Assembly: GCF_009914755.1 (NCBI RefSeq)
Contig: NC_060929.1
Reading direction: 5' to 3' (one strand)
DNA length: 64,000 bases
DNA from: the human T2T-CHM13v2.0 reference genome, Homo sapiens
The position numbers and the translations under genes were made by a program. Each line of letters starts with the position of its first letter. Within the stretch, counting starts at the first letter, position 1. This document shows positions 26,207-38,561 of this stretch, piece after piece. The notes beneath the pieces are model-generated. The model worked only from the letters and a program-made list of their open reading frames with translations. It was not told the origin of the DNA and did not search any database.

Positions 26207-26829
26207 AAACGGTCACACTCCCATTATTGTGAAGGTGCAATTCTACCCACGAGGCCTGCAGGCTCTCCTCCTGCAGCTCAGGCTTTCCTCTCTGATGTGA
26301 CACTAGAGTGCTGCTGTGGGAAATGTGGTTCACATAAACTGAGCTGTGCTCAAGGCTGTGCCTCAGTGGCAGATGATAGAGGTCAAGAGAGGACACTAGC
26401 AACAGGAAAAAGCAAGCAGGAGTGCTGTAGCCCAATGCCACGGAGCACAGAGCCACTGCTCTAAAAGGTAAATAGCCAAGAGGATAGAATGCTTTTCAAC
26501 CATTTTTGTAGCAGGTTCAAAGCCTACCTTCAGCAAGTACCTGGCTTCAAGCTGCTAAACTACCTCCTGTTATGAAGATGTGAAAAGTTTTTTTGTCATT
26601 GAATATAAACAATTAGCATACACAGATAGCCTCTTCAATCTCCATGTGAATTTAGGATTAACTATGTATGACATGGTACTGTAAATTCTTCTACTTGTGG
26701 ACTAATTTTGGTGACCATCTTTCTGTCTCTGCAGTCTCTTAAGCAGATTGACTATGATGCATGTCACATTCAAGTTTGTGTAATAAAACAGTTTTCTTTC
26801 TGTTCTAAAAAAAAAAAAAAAGAAAGAAA
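26207..26829 (+). pseudogene. L1-mediated retrocopy (5'-truncated, polyadenylated) inserted into the LTR
   Basis: TSD agaaactgggt at 26196-26206 and 26830-26840; TT/AGAAA endonuclease-type site; AATAAA 26782-26787; A-tail 26807-26829. Confidence 0.92.
26210..26380 (-). pseudogene. BNIP3P: BNIP3 pseudogene fragment (5'UTR and N-terminal codons), antisense within the retrocopy
   Basis: Minus-strand translation LQEESLQASWVELHLHNNG matches recalled human BNIP3 MQEESLQGSWVELHFSNNG, including the WVEL LIR motif (26220-26276). Upstream bases resemble a CpG-decayed BNIP3 5'UTR; start codon lost. Confidence 0.88.
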
Positions 26830-27357
26830 AGAAACTGGGTCCACTCAACATGGCGATTCCCACAGCTGTCCTCTTGCCCTTCCCCCACATGTGTCTGGCA
26901 GCATGACCACCCCCACATATCCCCACGTGTGTGGAACATCATGGTGCCCTACATTTGCATATTAAAAGGCTAGGGTAGGAGGGCCAGTTTTTTCCGCCGG
27001 TTACGTGAATGACATGCCTAGTCAAACCAATCCCCTGAGTCCTATGCAAATCAGACCCAGCCTCCTCCAGCCATTGAATATAGCTGGCTGATATTAGCTA
27101 AGTGTGGAGTTCTGTCTCTCAGCTTTGGAGCCCCGCTCCCTCTGTCTCTGTACAAGGGAGCTTCTTCTTTCTTTCTTCCCGTTTCTTTCTTGCCTATTAA
27201 ACTCTGCGCTCCTTAAAACCACACACACACGTGTGTGATAGCAGTTACTTTAAGTATCATTTAGAACACACTGGCCTAGAATTGAGGAGGTATCATTTCA
27301 GCAAGGTCACAGTAAGGTAAATAACCATATGATGAATCTCATGAACAAGAGTAAAAA

Positions 27358-28071
27358 CATCAGTCAGAATGGCTATTATTTAAAAGTCGAAAAATAGCAG
27401 ATGCTGGTGAGACTGCAGAGAAAAGGGAACGCTTATACACTGTTGGTGGGAATGTAAATTCGTTCAGCCATTGTGGAAAGCAGTTTGGAGATTTCTCAAA
27501 GAACTTAAAACAGAACTATCATTTGACCCAGTGATCCCATTACTGGATATATACACAAAAGAAAATAAATAATTCTACAAAAAAGACACATGCACCTGTA
27601 CATTCATTGCAGCACTATGCACAATAGCAAAGACATGGAATCAACCTAGGTGCTCATCAATGTGGATTGGATGAAGGAAGATGTGGTACATATACACACG
27701 GAATATTACACAGCCATAAAAAGAATGAAATCATGTTCTTTGTAGCAACATGGATGCAGCTGGAGGCCATTATCTTTAGTAAACAAATGCAAGAACAGAA
27801 AACTCAATATTGCATGTTCACACTTACAAGTGGGAGCTAAACGGTGGGTACACATGGACATAAAGATAGAAATAATGACACTGGGGACTACTGGAGGTGG
27901 GGAAAGAGGGGAACAGGGGTCGAAAGACTACCTATCGAGTGCTGTGCTCACTACCTGGGTGACAGGATCATTCATACCCCAAACCTCACGCAATAAACCC
28001 ATGTAAAAAACCTGCACATGTATCCCCTAAATCTAAAATAAAAGTTGAGATAAATAAATAAATAAATAAAT
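27358..28071 (+). mobile_element. L1PA (PA13-16-like) 5'-truncated 3' end
   Basis: ORF2 end plus 3'UTR ending aatctaaaataaaagttga; (TAAA)n tail; TSD aagagt(a/g)aaaa. Confidence 0.92.
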
Positions 28072-28329
28072 AAGAGTGAAAAAAATGAGCATAACTCTTA
28101 GTTTTTTCCTGGCACTTTCTGATTTCCTTGACCAATATGGTTTCATGCTGGAGCTTTTATAGAGATTAGAAATGAATATGCAAATTTAGAAGCCAGGCTC
28201 AAATCCTCAGAATTTAGCTTAAGTTCATTCCAATATTTCAGTGTTGTAGTTTAATTTCATTTTCCAAAAACGATGTTTTTCTCCTTATCCAAAATCTAAG
28301 CAATTTTTTTTTTTAATTTTTACCAGCTT

Positions 28330-31300
28330 AGTCATTGTATAGCTTTATCATTTGCTTCCTTCTGCTTGCTTTGGGTTTTTCTAGGGTTTTCCCCTTTTTC
28401 TAGGTTCTTGAGATTTTTCTTCTTTTCTAAGGTAGGCATTTGGTGCTGCAAATTTCCCTTTCAGCACTGCTTTAGCTGTGTCCCACAAATTTTTATATGT
28501 TGTATTTTCACTTTCATTCAGGTCAATGTAATTTTAAAATTACCATTAAAACTTCTTCCTTGACCCACGGATTATCTAGAAATATGTTGCTTAGTTTCCA
28601 AATGTTTAGAGATTTTCCCCTTATCTTCTTGTATTGGTCACTAGTTTGGTACCACTGTGGACAGAGAATACACTCTGTATTATTTCAATCCTTTTAAATA
28701 TGTTGAGGTGTGTTGTTTGACTCAGGATGGGCCTGAGCATATTGATGGGACTTGTTCACTGTGCTCCAGCTTAGTATACATTCTGTTGGCACATGAAAAG
28801 AATGGGTATTTTTTTGTTGCTAGTTGGCATGTTCTATAAATGTTGATTAGATTCTGTTGCAGCTCTTTTTTTGGGTACATACACATTTAGGATTGATATG
28901 TCTTCTTGGTGGATTACTCTAAATGTCCTTCTTTGTTTCTGATAATAATGTTCTTTGCTCTGAAGTCTACTTTATTTGATGTTAATATAGTCACTTCTGC
29001 TTCCTTTTGACTAATGTTCAAATGATGTATCTTTCTCAGTGATACTTTTTTTTAACTTTCAATCTGCTATATTGTTATTGAAGTAAACTTCTTGTAGACA
29101 GTATATAGTTGAGTCATGTTTTTAAATCCATTCTGCCAGTCTTTTAAGTGACATATTTAGACTATTTACATTTAATGTAATTATTGATATCTTAAGACCT
29201 AAGTCTGCCATTCTATATTTTATTTCCTCTTTGTTCTCTTTTTTTTTGTTTGGTTTGTTTCCATTTTCCTTTTCCTATATTCCTGTGGATTACTTGAAAA
29301 ATTTTTAGAATTCCATTTTGATATTTGCAGTGTTTTTTAGTGTTTTGAGCCTATGTCTATAGCTTTTTTGGTCATTGCTGTAAGTAGTAACATTACTTAT
29401 ATAACTTATCACAGTCTATTGGTACTGTCATTTTACTAGATTGAGTGAAATGTAGAAACCTTACATGACTTTATCCTTCCTCATTTATAATTGTTTGAAG
29501 TATTTCCTTTTTACACATTTAGAATCATACCAGACAATGTTATAATTTTTGCTTCAATCTTCAAACATGATTTAGAAAACTAAAGAGGAGAAGGCTCTGC
29601 TCATTTTTTTTTCAAATTGATATAAAATTATTGTACAGATATCTGGGATACCTGAGGTATTTTGATATAAATACACAATATGTAATGATCAAATTAGGAT
29701 AATTGGGATATTCATCTACTCAAATATCATTTTAAAGTCCATTTTCTCTGCTGTTGTTCAGATTAGCTAATTTCTATTTTCCAGTTGACCAATTCTTTCT
29801 TCTTTTTCCTCTGTTCTGCTGTTGAGCTGATTCACTGAGGGTTTTTTTTGTTTTTTTTTTACTTAGGTTGTTGTACATTTCAGTTTTAAAAATTTCTATT
29901 TTTTTAACATTGTCTATTTCGTTGCTTCACTTCCTTTGTTTTTTTTTTTCTTTAGACAGAGTTTTGCTTTTGTTGCCCAGGCTGGAGTGCAATGGCGCCA
30001 TCTCAGCTCACCACAACCTCTGCCTCCAGGTTCAAGCGATTCTCCTGCCTCAGCCTCCCGAGTAGCTGGGATTACAGGTGCCTGCCACCATGCCCGGGTA
30101 ATTTTGTATTTTTAGTAGAGATGGGGTTTCTCCATGTTGGTCAGGCTGTTCTCAAACTCCCGACCTCAGGTGATCCACCCACCTCAGCCTCCCAAAGTGC
30201 TGAGATTACAGGCCTGAGCCACCACACCCGGACTTCTTTGCTTCACTTTCTAAGTTTCTGTTTGTTTCATGCATGTTTGTAATTGCTTGCTGAGACATTT
30301 TTTATGGTGGCTGCTTTAAAATGTAATCAGCTAATTCTAACATCTCTGTCATCTTAATGTTGGCTTTTTTTTCCATTGAATTTGAACTCTTTTTGGTACA
30401 ATTGACATTTGGACATTTGAGGTATTTTGTTACAAGGCTCTGGATCTTATTTAAGCCTTCTGTTTTATCTGGATTTCCAGACACTGCTCCAAAAGTGAAA
30501 GGGGGTTGCTACCTTATTACTGCTGGGTGGGGTAATTCAGGTTCTTCTCTTGGCCTTTGTTGACACCTTCTAATTTGTGCTCCTCATTACTGCTACATAG
30601 GGGTGGAAGTTCTGACTCCCATGAGGCCTCTATTGATGCCTCTGTGGCTGCAGGGGGTAGAAGTTCCCTTGATACTGTGCCACTTAAGGAGGTATAAAAG
30701 GTTAGCCTCAAAACCACTGGGTGGTGTTGAAAGTGCTGACTCTCCACTAGGCCTCTTCTGACACTAGCCCAGCGGGGAGGAGGAGGATGTCTTGCTACCA
30801 TCCACTGAGTGTAGAATTACAGGCTTCCCACATGGCCTCAACTGACACCATGGTGGGAGAGGCTTGTTATATTCTGGCAGGGATGAAAGTCTCAGCTTCC
30901 TTCTTGGACTTTTTTGACACAACCTCACTATAGCCTGGGGAAGGTGGAAGACTGGGCACCCCACTCAATATTTGCTGGTATGGGTGAGGGAGCCACAGTT
31001 TTTTCTGCGCAGTTAGGCTGGAGGGGAGCAGTTTTTTGCCTTGCTATGTTGTCCTTTTCCTGGTCCTTTGGTAGAGAGAACAGGCTTTTGTTGGGCCTTT
31101 TTTTGTCTGTATACATTGACTTTTCTGGGTGGCTGGCTTCTTCAGTTCCAAGTCTGGGAAACAAAAGGAAAACCCAAGGAGTTCAACACTAAATTTCTTC
31201 TTGTGTTCCTATTGTTCCTAGACGATCTGCCTTTTCTCTACATTTCAGAGTCTTTTTATTTTCCTTTTATACATAATGTCCAAAGTTTTTAGTTATACTT

Positions 31301-31360
31301 AATGAGAGGAATAGGGAAAAATGTGTCTACTTCAGCTTCCTGGAAAGGGAAGTCTACCTT
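28330..31360 (-). mobile_element. Old L1 (L1MD/L1MC-like) 5' region and ORF fragments
   Basis: T-rich antisense L1 ORF sequence, then a GC-richer 5'UTR-like segment ending gaggaatagggaaaaatgtgtctact...gaagtc. Confidence 0.75.
29936..30232 (-). mobile_element. AluSp/Sq
   Basis: Antisense Alu with ctcaccacaacc and ctcccgacctcagg; ~17-bp imperfect TSD ttc(g/t)ttgcttcactt(c/t). Confidence 0.93.
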
Positions 31361-32599
31361 TTCCTTTTAAAATGTTCTCTATTTTTATTTAATTTAGAAA
31401 ACAATGCATGCTACTTTAACAGGTGAAATAATAAAAAGATACATAAATAAAACCTAAATAATAAAAGTACTATCATTGCTACCCCTCTGTTCTCATGCTT
31501 CTTTCTGAGACAACAAATGTTTATGGCCTGGGGTATATACTTATCATCTTTCTTTGTCATGTTGATATGAACATACTTAAATATAAATATGCACTTTTTG
31601 TTTGATTTTATCTCTGCAAAAATGATTTTCTACTTGTCCAACATAAGCAAAATTTGCGTTGTATTTAAGTTTAAAAATTATCAGAGGAACTATTATTAAG
31701 ACACTGGAGGAGAGACAAGCAAAATAAATTGCTATCTCAAATAGCAGAAGTTACCGTGAGTCTTCATTATGTGGGAGAAAGACAGAGATGGGAAAGGAAA
31801 AGTAGAAAAAAAGCATCAGCGATACATTTTTTTCTGAGTATATACATATACATATATATACACACTTTTGATCATATATATGATTAAAACAGTTTAACTT
31901 ATAGCCTATCACACTTTTCTACACTTGGAATCTGATCCTAGGATATATTTAAAAAGGGGAACCTGTGGTCCAGAAGGTGTCCAGAGAATGGACTGCAGGA
32001 AAGACGATTATGTCACTTGGTGAGTACCCAAGAGCCATTTGGACCAGGTCCCAACAGAAGTGTGTCTTCTTACTCTCTGGTGAACACCTCTCATTGCCAC
32101 AACTAGGGTCTTGAGGATCCTGTTTGCGCAGAGGAAAAAAATCTCCATCTGCATCAAGTCCTCAAAGTTCAGAAAGACTCCTGCCCAACCAGAGGGATGA
32201 GGGAGGTGGATCTTTGGCACCTCAGCTTTAGGGACTGAAGGCTCAAGACCAAGGAGCCAAGACAGAAGATAGTGACCCCCTCCCCCACCCGGACATACAT
32301 GGTGGGGGTCTTGACACCTAAGAAGGCAATGAAGCATCCTCTTAGAGGCATTTCTGCTCAGCGTGGTGACAATTGCTCTTTTAGAGCTCTGTGGTTTCAG
32401 GAAAGAATGAGGCCTATTTTCCAGAGCCCAGGTCTGAGGAGACTCACCTAACATTTTGTCAGCTACTTCAGAGGGTTCTCAAGTGGAGGTGAAGCTGGGT
32501 CTCCTGAGTAACAGCAGCACTGCTCTATGCTTCCCCACTTCTATTCATCATAGTCCATTTAAGGTCTTAACTGTTTGGTTCATCTTGTTTAAATAGTGG

Positions 32600-32810
32600 C
32601 TAGAAGCACAGACTCTATAACCATACTTCTGGGTTCCAATCCTAGCTCCAAGCCTTGCAATTGTGGCCTTGGAAAAGTTACTTATCCTTCTTTCCCCTTG
32701 ATTTACTTCTCTGTAAAATCAGTATGATAAACATAGGTCTGATATGGGGATTAAATAAGTTAGAACAAGGCTAGTCACATGATAAGCACTCCTAAAGTAC
32801 CAGCTGCTTA
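32600..32810 (+). mobile_element. MIR
   Basis: ctgggttccaatcctagctcc...ccttggaaaagttactt...ctgtaaaat core. Confidence 0.7.
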
Positions 32811-34514
32811 TTCTTCTAGTCTTTTCAAATCCAATGCTTTTCATGAGTTCACAGAGTAATTGTGGTGCATCTTGAAGCTGTGTTACAGCTTTCTGAGTTT
32901 CATCATTCTCCTTTGATAATTTTTGAACAGAGGGAGTAGGAAGTTAAATGTGTAAGTGACCGCAGTGGAAAGGGTTGAAAGTGTAACCTCTTCTTGTTCA
33001 AAGAAGTCTGAGGGTGGGAGGCAAAAGATGGACAGATAGCTGGACGGCATATCTATGTGAAGGCAAAGAAGAGGTATGCATGGAAATTCAGTTATTTTAT
33101 AGATTGAAAACAATTGGCAAAAAGATTTCTTCATTTAAAATATTGTAGGAAACTTTCTGAATTTCATCATGTACAAACTGTCCCTGTGATGGCATTTGGG
33201 AAGGTTGTGGAGGAAGGCATGGGAAGTGTGATATTGTCTATTTTGGAGACAGAGTAGAAAGGCTCTTGTTCCCTCTCTGGGCTGCAGATCAGCTTCCCTC
33301 CGCCTGGTTCCAGAAGTCATTCGTTCTATTTTACTGTTTTCATGTTCACTTTCGAATGTAAGATGGCCTGGAGATGTCAGGCCTCCAGGTCACTTCTCTT
33401 GAAAGATGACTTCAGAAAGAATAACATTGCTTTCAGTCTTGTGTTTCTGAATGTTTTCTCCTTAAGTGATTTAATGATCCCCCCACCTCCTTTAAATATA
33501 GCCAGGTTAAATGGGTGTGCTGTTTGAAGCCAGGCTCAAAATAGGAGCAATTAAATTCATTCGACCTTTGAGGGATGAATTAGTTAAAGAAGTATACTCT
33601 TTATTTCCAATAAATGGTACAACAACTTGAAACCTGATTCACAGCTACATTGCAACATTCTCAATATTATGAGATGATCTTGGTGTTCAACCTTACACAA
33701 CTATTTATATCTCACCATCTTAAAGCATGGAAACTTCTGTTGCTGAACCTGTTCCAGGGATGTGCATGGATCTGAATAATGAATAGGGAACTTCCTTTAA
33801 GAACACAGAGTCTCTGTCATACAAATACTTCATTTCTTAGAAATAGCCAGCTGGGCATTTGCAACAATGCCAAAGTTGTTCCCAAACTTACATTGTAGAA
33901 AAGAACTGACAGTCATCCCCTACTTCCATATGCATTAATTACATCATGGAAGAGGGTAAGGCATTATTAATTTTATCTGCACATGATTTTTCTCTTCCCA
34001 AATCCAGGAAATACTGATGTTGTGGTTTAACATAATTAGAACCTTGGAGTCAATTTTCATTCCTGAAAACATATAAAAATTACTCGTATAATTACTTGAG
34101 TCCTCACTGACCACATTAATGAACCATATTCTTTTTGTTTAGTAAAAATCCTTTTAATTATTCTTTGACAAACCTTTTCTTTCATGTATTTCTGTGTCCT
34201 TAAAGTCAGAAAATTCCTCCATTCATCTTCTCTAAAACCAAGACAGAGTCTCCTAATCATTGGAAAATTCATCTTTTATTTATATGTCAGCTGATAACTA
34301 AGTAAGGATTCTGAAGTGAAAACAGAAGAGTTGCGCTCCACTCCCCTGGCCATGACCCTCTCTGCCATTTTTCTATATCTTATTTTTAAAAGCAATTTTT
34401 TATTGTGTAATTTGGTAAAAAGAAAATAGAAATAAGTAATATGAGGTAGATAGCTGAGCCTAAAATAGCACTGGACACAAACAGCATTTCTCAATTTGTG
34501 ATGACAACATCACC

Positions 34515-34665
34515 TACATCAGAAGACTCTCCTAGAGAGCTTGTTAAAAATACAGATTACTGGGCACTACCCCAGATTTATTTAGTCAAAATGTTTATGG
34601 GTGGGGCCAATCTTGCATTTTTAACAAGCTCCCTGAGTGATCCTTATGCCCACTGAAGTTCAAAA
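34515..34665. mobile_element. MER5 (hAT-Charlie)
   Basis: gagcttgttaaaaatacagattactgggc...tgcatttttaacaagctccc. Confidence 0.7.
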
Positions 34666-36015
34666 TGTTTAAAGTTTGCTGAAGTTGTTCCTCTTGCCTA
34701 GCCCCTCAAAAGTGACAGCTTCGTAATAACTTAGAGACAACATCTGTTCCACCTTAATACAATAGGGATGGAAAGTAAGGAATAAATAATTATCAAATGT
34801 ATAACGTGCAAGAAACTGTGCTAAGTAGGAAATTTATAGACATGCTTTCCTTAAATATTACAACAACTCTTTGTTGAGGTATTGATGAAATGTAAAGTCA
34901 GCCTCATAAGAGGTGGAACCAGAATGAATATCCAACTTTCTGTAATTTGATTATCGCACCCTACACCTATCTCCTGGAGCTGGGAACCGTCTCTATGGCT
35001 GTACAAAGTCTGGGAAATGGATTGATGCATTACCCCGGGAGATCTTAGTTGGCCCAGGGGTGGCACTTGGTCTTGGGGATGGCTCATTATTCTGATGATC
35101 AGTTGAAAGCTCACAGATGGTTTACGGAGTGACCCTTTGTCCTACATGTGTCTGGCAAGAAATATAGATAGGACGACAGGGCAAGTTTTTCCCCAATATA
35201 TCATTAAGTCAATCATTACTAAAGTTTTTTAAACAAGTGTATCAGCTACCATTTACTGATGATGCGTACTAGACTCTATGGTATGCACTTTTCAGAATTT
35301 ACTCTTCATAATGACCCTATGCAGTAGGTGCTATTATTATCCCTATCTTCTCAGTTAAGTAAGAAAAATGTTGTGAAACTTGCTTACACTCATAGCCTGT
35401 AAGCAGCAGAGGCTGAAATATCTGTTTGGCTCTAAAGTTCATTGGAGTCCCATATACAGGAACTGATGGTGCAAAGTTCAACTCATGCCATGGTACTTGA
35501 GTAGAGATCCATTCCTGTCATACATTCACAGAAAACTTTATATCTCTTCATTTATTATTAAGTAAATAGGATTCAGTAACTGTGGGCCTACCTGTTGTAC
35601 AGTCTCTTTCTCTCTTCCTGGATATCCCCAATCCTCCCTTCTTCTTACTCTTTCAAGTCTTAAGTGTCCATTTAATTTAAGGTGAGGACACATTATCTTG
35701 TTCCATTTGAGAGCTGTCTTGGGTTTTACATGCATATGATAGAACCGATGCTAACCTTCAGCAGCCTAAACAGAGTAATTTTCTTCAGACATTCCAGATG
35801 GAGCTGTGCCAATTATTGGTGAACACTTAACTGTGAGTGGGACCTGGATAATGACTATACATAATAAGTTTCACATCATCTATTAAGACGTTGCTTATGT
35901 GGATGTGGGTACAGGAACATTTGGTCCCCCACCAACACATCATACACACTGTATATCTTACATTAAGAGATAATTAGTCAAATGCTACAAGTAAGAAGAT
36001 TTAAACTTGCCTTCC

Positions 36016-36363
36016 ATCTTAGTCTGTTCTTGCTGCTATAATAAAATGCCATAAACTAGGTGACTTATAAACAATAGAAATTTATTTCTCACAGTTCTGG
36101 AGGCTGGGAATTCCAAGATCAAGGCACCAGCAGACCCAGTGTTTGGAGGGCTCACTTCTTCATTGTCTTTTCATCATAGCCTCACGTGGAAGAAAAGGTA
36201 AGGGATTTCTCTGGGATCACTTTTACAAGTACAAGGGTACTCATTCCATTCTAATCAGCTCCCGAAGAATCACCTCCAAAGGCTCCACCTCCTGATACCA
36301 TGACCTTATGGGGTAGGATTCCAACAAACGAATTTTGAAGGGACATAAACTCAGTCTATTGCA
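36016..36363 (-). mobile_element. MLT1A-like MaLR LTR
   Basis: aaacaatagaaatttatttctcacagttctggaggctgggaa; ends cagtctattgca. Confidence 0.8.
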
Positions 36364-36630
36364 GTGTTCTTCTCCTGTAATACAGCTCACTGCATATGCA
36401 GATGTCACCTGACGGTCTGTGAATCACCCTGTGGAAAATGGGGCTCAAGGAACTGGTGGGAAAAAGAGGCTGATACTCTGGCTATTGCTAGTGCTGTGTA
36501 TGAGCAATAAAGTCTCTAACCCAGGTGTGTTGTGTCTTTTTCTAGGATCTGTTAAACCATGGCAGGCTGACTTGTTATGGTAGTGAAAGGTATAAAATCT
36601 CAGACATTTCCTTCACAGTTCTTCACAACA
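36364..36630 (+). mobile_element. ERV LTR 3' part (ERVL-like, subfamily unresolved)
   Basis: AATAAA followed by taaaatctcagac...ttcacagttcttcaca LTR-type ending. Confidence 0.45.
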
Positions 36631-36888
36631 GCAATATTATTATTATTGTGCTTATTGTTGTTAACCAGAAATTATTGAGCACCTATTATAAAATAAATGA
36701 ACCAAACTCTGTTCTAAGTAATGTACTATATTATCTCATTTAATTTTTATAACAGTGTTGTGAATTATACAACATTATTATCATCTTATAGATGATAATA
36801 CTGAGATTCAAAAAATGGACATTGTTGGTTGGCTTCTTAGTATCCATTTCCCTCTGTTCAGTTGCATTCTGTTTCATTTACTCTCACC

Positions 36889-37275
36889 TAGCAAAGACGT
36901 TGTTCCTTCCTTTAGCTTTAAGAGTGAGCCTAAGGGAATGACATTCTTCTGGCCATAGGACTTGGTCAGGAAATGAAACATTATCCAGTTTGGACAAAGG
37001 AAATTGGGAGACAGTGTACTAGGGACTTTGGGGAAAGTTTTCTTGCTGTTTCATAGAGCCATAGAGAAATACAGGCTCTCACTTAGCAAAGAAGTTGTCC
37101 CCTCCTCTAGATTAAGGGGTGAGCCTAAGGGAATGACATTCTTCTTCCCATAGGACTTGTTCAGGAAATGAAACATTATCTAGTTTGGGCAAAGGAAATT
37201 GGGAGACAGTGTACTAGAGACATTGGGGAAAGTTTTCTTACTCTTTTATAGGGCCATAAGGAAAGATAGGCTCTC
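36889..37275. repeat. ~195-bp diverged tandem duplication inside an MLT1-like LTR
   Basis: Two copies of gtgagcctaagggaatgacattcttc...aaaggaaattgggagacagtgtactag...ggctctc (36889-37080, 37081-37275). Confidence 0.9.
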
Positions 37276-38561
37276 TTGTTCCATCTGAATGTTGATATGT
37301 GTCAGCAGGGTGATAGCAATAATATTTGATACATACTTACCAGAATAAGTGCTGAACATAATACTGAAGCAGGGTCTGAAATTCCTGCTTCCATATATTA
37401 CCCGGATTCCTGAATTTCATATATTGCCTCTTTATGTACTAGATTGTGAGGAAGTCCTGGGGGGAAGCTACAGTGGCTGGACATTGGGAACCCTCATCAG
37501 GTTCAGGGCAATGGGTAATTATCAACTAGTACCAAAGTATTTTAATATGTTAGTAACTAGTACTGTTATACTCAGTGTGCAGCTGTGATGCCTGAAACTA
37601 CTATATCCGTCTCATTCCCAGTCAGAGGAAGAAGTTTACACACATAGGAGGGCAGAATCAAGGCGGTCACAGAAAGATGGAGAGAGCCTTTAGATTGAGA
37701 TGACCAAACAGCGGTCCTCTCTCTCTGGGCTTTTTCAATTAACAGACAACAAATTCCCTTTTCATTTAAGCTGGTTTGGGACTGGATTTCAGCTACTTAC
37801 AGTCAAAAATATTCACTGAAGCATTAAGTAACTAGTCCAAGGACTCAGAGCAAGTACATAGCCACAGTAGAATTGAAAGTCAAGTCTTCCTGGCTTAAAC
37901 ATCTCGATTTTTCTGATGCATCATAGTGTTCCCAAGCACCAAATAAATATGAGAAGAATTATTTGCCAACTGTGAAAGGCTGCATTTAAATTTTTGGTCA
38001 TTTTTATCAGAAATAATAAATAAGACTAAAAATGCCAAGAAAAAATCCAAAGAGACTGGTGTTTCTTTATTGTATGCATTGAGAATTCTCCCCACTCCTA
38101 CTAAAAACATACTCATCTAGCTGAAGAATAATATTAATATAGGGAAAGGAAAATATAATAGAATATATGTGATGTTCAGATTATTTACTGAGATGACTGG
38201 TGGTAGATATGACTGCTGAAGTCAGATTAGATGACCAGAAATCTGTTCCAGGAAAAGCCTCTCACGTTTACACCATCTTGAGAGCATACATGACCCAGTT
38301 CTGAGTTCATCCCAGGAATATTTTAAACATCATCATCAGCATGTTCACATGATCACAGTACCTTCTAGATGCCTGTACAGGGAAAAGTTACTTTTTCATC
38401 CCTCAGTCACCTCAAAGTTCAAGCATTTGTCACTGCTTCAGAAAAAAAATGACATGGACTCTTCTTTTTTTTTTCTTAACCAAGGATCAATGTAAATGAA
38501 GATTTTACATTTGCCTCTAGTTAAATTGATGGTTTTGACAGGTAACATATTATAATACAAA

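Larger units (their letters stand above)
25988..27236 (+). mobile_element. 3' LTR of the ERV (MER61/LTR9, HUERS-P3-group-like), U5-truncated and interrupted by a retrocopy
   Basis: Starts TG right after the PPT; gagttattaagaaattattttagacag resembles the recalled MER61 start; ATTAAA signal near 27196; similarity ends soon after. Confidence 0.8.

Noticed and set aside
32008-32454. 148-aa minus-strand ORF (also 62547-62999, 63091-63489, 45431-45865)
   Set aside because: No recognisable homology or coding signature; lengths are compatible with chance.
34970-35170. Peptide GNRLYGCTKSGKWIDALPRE resembling part of a sushi/CCP motif
   Set aside because: Cysteine pattern incomplete, stops follow shortly, and there are no convincing splice boundaries.
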